A stretch of DNA of 63,839 nucleotides, counting the filler, from an uncultured Clostridia bacterium (lineage in GTDB: Bacteria; Aerophobota; Aerophobia; Aerophobales; B3-G15): assembly GCA_964482715.1 (NCBI GenBank). It is 5 parts of 5 records of this genome, joined end to end, with 100 filler letters (N's around TTAATTAATTAA, not from the genome) between each part and the next. Parts side by side here need not be neighbours in the genome. Positions count along the whole stretch, not along the records: positions 53,028 to 63,839 come from CAYZYX010000044.1; 4 more parts are not named here. One strand, given 5' to 3'. Positions within the stretch are counted from its first letter, which is position 1; the number at the start of each line of letters is the position of its first letter. The notes beneath the pieces are model-generated. The model was given only the letters and a program-made list of their open reading frames with translations, did no database searches and had not been told where the DNA came from. The translations under genes were made by a program, and so were the position numbers. Shown here in pieces: positions 60,374 through 63,839 of the stretch.

Positions 60374-61003
60374 TCAGGAAGTTATCTTTCTTTTGACTTC
60401 ATCCAATAACTGATCTCTAATTCTTCTACCCTGGTTTAAGATATCCTGAACGGCTTTCCTTTTTTCCTCTACGAACTCCAAATCCTTAATAGAGGAGAGA
60501 TTTATTTCTACATTTAGAACAGCACTTTCTAATGACGCCTGAGCCAGTAAGGCTCCCACTCCAACATCACTTATCAAATTTGGATTCCCAATAACAGCAA
60601 GACGAGAAGCTATATTTAGAATTTTCAAACAACACTCACAGGTTATTAGAGGAACCTGTGCTGCTTTTTTCAAAGTAAGTTGTAGAGTTTTTCTTCTAAC
60701 TTCTTTTTCCTGTGGGGTGGTTTTGGGCAATGATAGAGCGTGTGAAAATTCTCGATAGGCTGAGATGTCTTCTTCTATCAATTCGCAAAATCTTGAGGTA
60801 TAATGATCTATTTCAGATAGTAATTTTTTTACTTCACTTTCAACTGACTGAAATTTTTCATTATTCAGTGTAAAATTTGCAACCATTGCCAAAAGTGAAC
60901 TTCCCAGTGCACCAACCAGTGCCGCTACGCTTCCTCCTCCAGGAGTGGGAGTCCGAGAGGAGGTGTCTTTAATAAAATCTCTAAGAGGTTTTTCAAGGTA
61001 CAC
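60374..61003 (-). CDS. fchA: cyclodeaminase/cyclohydrolase family protein (methenyl-THF cyclohydrolase FchA-like)
   Basis: PTPGGGSVAA, GNPNLISD, LNVEINL. Confidence 0.85.
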   Translation of the reverse strand: MYLEKPLRDFIKDTSSRTPTPGGGSVAALVGALGSSLLAMVANFTLNNEKFQSVESEVKKLLSEIDHYTSRFCELIEEDISAYREFSHALSLPKTTPQEKEVRRKTLQLTLKKAAQVPLITCECCLKILNIASRLAVIGNPNLISDVGVGALLAQASLESAVLNVEINLSSIKDLEFVEEKRKAVQDILNQGRRIRDQLLDEVKRKITS

Positions 61004-61613
61004 TATCCCCCTCCTTTCTTATTCCTGTCATTTTATTATGACACAAAATCACGCGTTTTTCAGTAACTATGTAGTGCATGGGGACATCATGATCTTGACA
61101 GGGGATTTTCTTTACAAGCTGACACTCAAACGCTAAAGCGACAAACCTGGTGTAAGATGGAAGATTACGTAAGAACCTGTCATAAAAGCCTGCACCAAAT
61201 CCCAATCTTTCACCTTGTTCATCAAAAGCTATACCAGGAACAATTACCAGATCAATTTCTTCCAGGGAAAGAGGAATACGATCCTTCTCCATAGGTTGCA
61301 TAATGCCAAAAGGTCCAGGTACCAGATCTAAGCAGGCAGACTTTATCTCAAAAGGTTTTATTTCTCTCCCATGTCTTTCTATTACGGGAACAGCTATTCT
61401 TTTACCCATTTTTAAAGCAGAATCCATCATTTTTTGAGTTTGAACTTCATCAGGTAAAGCAATATAAAATAAAACTACCCCTGCTTTTTTAAACAGGGGT
61501 AGTCTGGAAAGATTCTGCCAGATTATCTCGCTCTTTTGGTGAATTTCCTCCTGCCTTAAACTTCGCCTTGAAGCTAAGCTCTGCTGGCGTAACTTAGCTT
61601 TTTCTTCTTTCAT
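60993..61613 (-). CDS. ygfA: 5-formyltetrahydrofolate cyclo-ligase
   Basis: K..LR, DEV.T, IVPGIAFD..GERLGFGAGFYDR, HD. Confidence 0.92.
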   Translation of the reverse strand: MKEEKAKLRQQSLASRRSLRQEEIHQKSEIIWQNLSRLPLFKKAGVVLFYIALPDEVQTQKMMDSALKMGKRIAVPVIERHGREIKPFEIKSACLDLVPGPFGIMQPMEKDRIPLSLEEIDLVIVPGIAFDEQGERLGFGAGFYDRFLRNLPSYTRFVALAFECQLVKKIPCQDHDVPMHYIVTEKRVILCHNKMTGIRKEGDSVP

Positions 61614-62401
61614 AACTTACCCTGACGAAAGGCAGATAAATAGTCGGTACAGAACTCATCTTTTCCCACCAAAGCCCGAGCAGCAAAAATTGTTGACATA
61701 ACTTGTTTATCCAGAGGATCGATAATCGCCGCATCAAGACCCCTTTCTATAGCCATTGACAGAAACACCCGATTTAAAAGACCTCTCCTGGGTAAACCAA
61801 AGGAAATGTTGCTTAATCCACAGATGAGATGGACTTCCTCAAAAGAAATGGAGATCTTTTCAATAGCATCCAGGACAACCTTTCCCACACTGCAATCTGT
61901 GCTTATAGGTCTTACCAGAGGATCAATATATATGTCCTCCAGCTTCATTCCTTCCCGAACAAGACTTTCTATCAATTTCCCGGCAATTGTATATCGCTTT
62001 TCTGCATCTTCAGGAATACCCGTATCGTCCATGGTCAGAGCTACTATCCTGAAATCATATTTCTTTACCAGTGGCAGGATCCTTTGCAACCTCTCCTTTT
62101 CCGCTGTGGTAGAATTTATCAGAGGTTTTCCCTTGTGGACTTTCAAACCCGCCTCCAGAACCTCTGGATTAGGACTGTCTATACACAGGGGTTTATCAAT
62201 CACTTCTTGAATAGTCTTTATTGCCCATTGCATGTCCTCGCTTTCGGTCTTGACTCTCGTTCCTACATTGACATCCACCATATCAGCTCCAGCTTCAATT
62301 TGTTTCTTAGCCAGATCTTGAAGTGCGGAAGCATTTCTCCCAGCTATTATCCCGTCAACCCCCTTTAAGGTAGTGTTTATCTTTTCCCCCACAATAAGCA
62401 T
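61610..62401 (-). CDS. methyl-THF:corrinoid methyltransferase (AcsE/MT2-like pterin-binding protein)
   Basis: MLIVGEKIN, DVNVG, LCIDS, INS, YIDP, GLSNISFGLP. Confidence 0.9.
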   Translation of the reverse strand: MLIVGEKINTTLKGVDGIIAGRNASALQDLAKKQIEAGADMVDVNVGTRVKTESEDMQWAIKTIQEVIDKPLCIDSPNPEVLEAGLKVHKGKPLINSTTAEKERLQRILPLVKKYDFRIVALTMDDTGIPEDAEKRYTIAGKLIESLVREGMKLEDIYIDPLVRPISTDCSVGKVVLDAIEKISISFEEVHLICGLSNISFGLPRRGLLNRVFLSMAIERGLDAAIIDPLDKQVMSTIFAARALVGKDEFCTDYLSAFRQGKL

Positions 62402-62421
62402 TTTTGTTTCCCGCAACAAAA

Positions 62422-63057
62422 TCAAGTTGCCAGAAGTTCTTTTACCTTATCCACAGCAGAGGCAGCATCAGGTGCATATCCATCTGCTCCTATCTCATCA
62501 GCGTAGCTCTGGGTAACAGGGGCACCACCTATTATTACTTTAACTTTCCCCTTAAGTTCTGATTTATTTAGAACATCAATCACCTCTTTCATTGCCGGCA
62601 TGGTTGTGGTGAGAAGAGCAGAAAGCCCAATTATGTTGACATTTTTCTCTTTGGCAGTCTGGATGAACTTTTCTGCTGGAACATCAACACCAAGATCAAC
62701 TACTTCAAATCCTGCCCCTTCAAGCATCATTCCTACAAGGTTTTTTCCTATATCATGTAAATCGCCCCTGACGGTTCCAAGGACAACCGTTCCTGCCCCT
62801 TTTATGTCTTTCTCAGCAAGAATGGGTCTTAAAATCTCCATTCCCTGTTTCATAGCTCGGGCAGCAATTAAAACCTCAGGGACGTAAAACTCGTTTTTCT
62901 TAAATTTTTCTCCTACCACACTCATCCCGGCAAGAAGACCCTCATTTAAGACCTTCTGAACATCCTGCCCCTCATCTACAGCTTTTTGAACAAGCTCTTT
63001 TACCTGGGGTGCTTTTCCCTGAATGAGATTTTCAGCAATTTCCTTGAGATCCACCAT
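62422..63057 (-). CDS. corrinoid (B12-binding) methyl-carrier protein
   Basis: YVPEVL..ARAM, GDLHDIGKNLV, SALLTTT, GGAP. Confidence 0.93.
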   Translation of the reverse strand: MVDLKEIAENLIQGKAPQVKELVQKAVDEGQDVQKVLNEGLLAGMSVVGEKFKKNEFYVPEVLIAARAMKQGMEILRPILAEKDIKGAGTVVLGTVRGDLHDIGKNLVGMMLEGAGFEVVDLGVDVPAEKFIQTAKEKNVNIIGLSALLTTTMPAMKEVIDVLNKSELKGKVKVIIGGAPVTQSYADEIGADGYAPDAASAVDKVKELLAT

Positions 63058-63175
63058 TTATCTACCTCCTTGGAAAGAGTTTTTTTTTATTATAAATTGA
63101 GAGCACAAAAAGTCAATTTTAGCCCTGAAAGTCAGCCTGTTGACTTAAATTTTAATTTTAATAATATTTAGGATA

Positions 63176-63259
63176 GCCGGAGTGGCGGAATTGGCAGACG
63201 CGCATGGTTCAGGACCATGTGGAGATAACTCCATGGGGGTTCGAGTCCCTCCTCCGGCA
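63176..63259 (+). tRNA. tRNA-Leu(CAG)
   Basis: Acceptor GCCGGAG/CTCCGGC, anticodon arm CATGG-TT-CAG-GA-CCATG, long variable arm TGGAG-ATAA-CTCCA, T-loop TTCGAGT; CCA not encoded. Confidence 0.95.
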
Positions 63260-63270
63260 CTCGGATGCCT

Positions 63271-63720
63271 CTATCCGCCCCCTCTGAAAATAATAGCAAC
63301 AAAAAAAAGCGCCCATCCCAGAAGAAGAACTACTCCTATGACTTTTTTCGCTGAAGATATTAAAAGAAGCAAAAGATAAATCGCTGTTAGACTCGCCAAA
63401 AAGGTTGCCACTTCTCCATAAAAGGTGGCAAGTTTCGGATTTTGTTGAAAAATGGTCTTTTCCAGAAGAAAGATAACCGCTCTTTTAATGTAATCATAAA
63501 GAAGATAAAGAAAATTAGCCGCTTTTTCTAAAAATCCGGGGCCAGGAAGAAATTCTTCTGGTTTTTCTTGTTGAAGAGCACTTCCCGCTACCTTTTCCTG
63601 GGCCAGGGAAAGATGATTAAAAAGTATTCCGTTTTGACTATTAAAAAGGAGGAGAAAACAAAATAACATAGAAAAAATAAATGTACCCTCTCTTTTTGGA
63701 GTTAAAAATTTCACATCCAT
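63271..63720 (-). CDS. hypothetical membrane protein
   Basis: 149-aa ORF with a hydrophobic N-terminal segment and two C-terminal TM helices. Confidence 0.65.
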   Translation of the reverse strand: MDVKFLTPKREGTFIFSMLFCFLLLFNSQNGILFNHLSLAQEKVAGSALQQEKPEEFLPGPGFLEKAANFLYLLYDYIKRAVIFLLEKTIFQQNPKLATFYGEVATFLASLTAIYLLLLLISSAKKVIGVVLLLGWALFFVAIIFRGGG

Positions 63721-63839
63721 TAATTAATCCCTTTTTCTCCACTATAAATAAAAAAAATTTTTTAGCAAGTATAAAAAGTGGGTTGAATGAAAAGTATAGA
63801 AATTCTCACCAACAAAGAAAAATAGGTCTGTTCTTTATT

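Overview
The window is five unrelated contig pieces of an AT-rich bacterial assembly joined by artificial 100-bp linkers (44 N + TTAATTAATTAA + 44 N at 14732, 28423, 41075 and 52928), so adjacency across a linker has no biological meaning. Gene content (TolC proteins, many sugar ABC components, Rnf, a minimal SufCB Fe-S system, corrinoid/folate C1 genes, several archaeal-type genes) suggests an anaerobic, deep-branching, probably diderm heterotroph; that assignment is inference only. Piece 1: IS256 end, two convergent orphan RbsC-type permeases each with a structured leader, a TIR-bounded structured element, tRNA-Arg, MarR-MATE, a TolC-TolC-MFP-ABC-permease exporter, TetR, a KhpA variant and two B12-radical SAM genes. 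Piece 2: IS debris (IS91, IS1634), pseudogenes, SDR, HAD, Spy/CpxP-like chaperone and a catabolic operon (SBP, 2 permeases, M20 amidohydrolase, SDR, cyclase, E1alpha, E1beta, ribokinase). Piece 3: phoBR-pstSCAB-phoU, queD, MalK-type ATPase, glycosyltransferase, ROK regulator. Piece 4: zincin-lpdA-sufCB-wHTH converging on glmS...rpsI-accD-ispG-pyrG-rnfAB. Piece 5: archaeal-type wHTH, sugar epimerase and oxidoreductase, HPS-RraA fusion, a glycolipid-type GT/flippase module, C1/corrinoid genes and tRNA-Leu. The strongest novelty candidates are a ~290-nt multi-branched structured RNA leader (2905-3198), the adjacent TIR-bounded structured element, a beta-barrel-less TolC paired with a canonical TolC, and the E2-less E1 catabolic operon. 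All folding and homology calls were made by eye; no searches were run.
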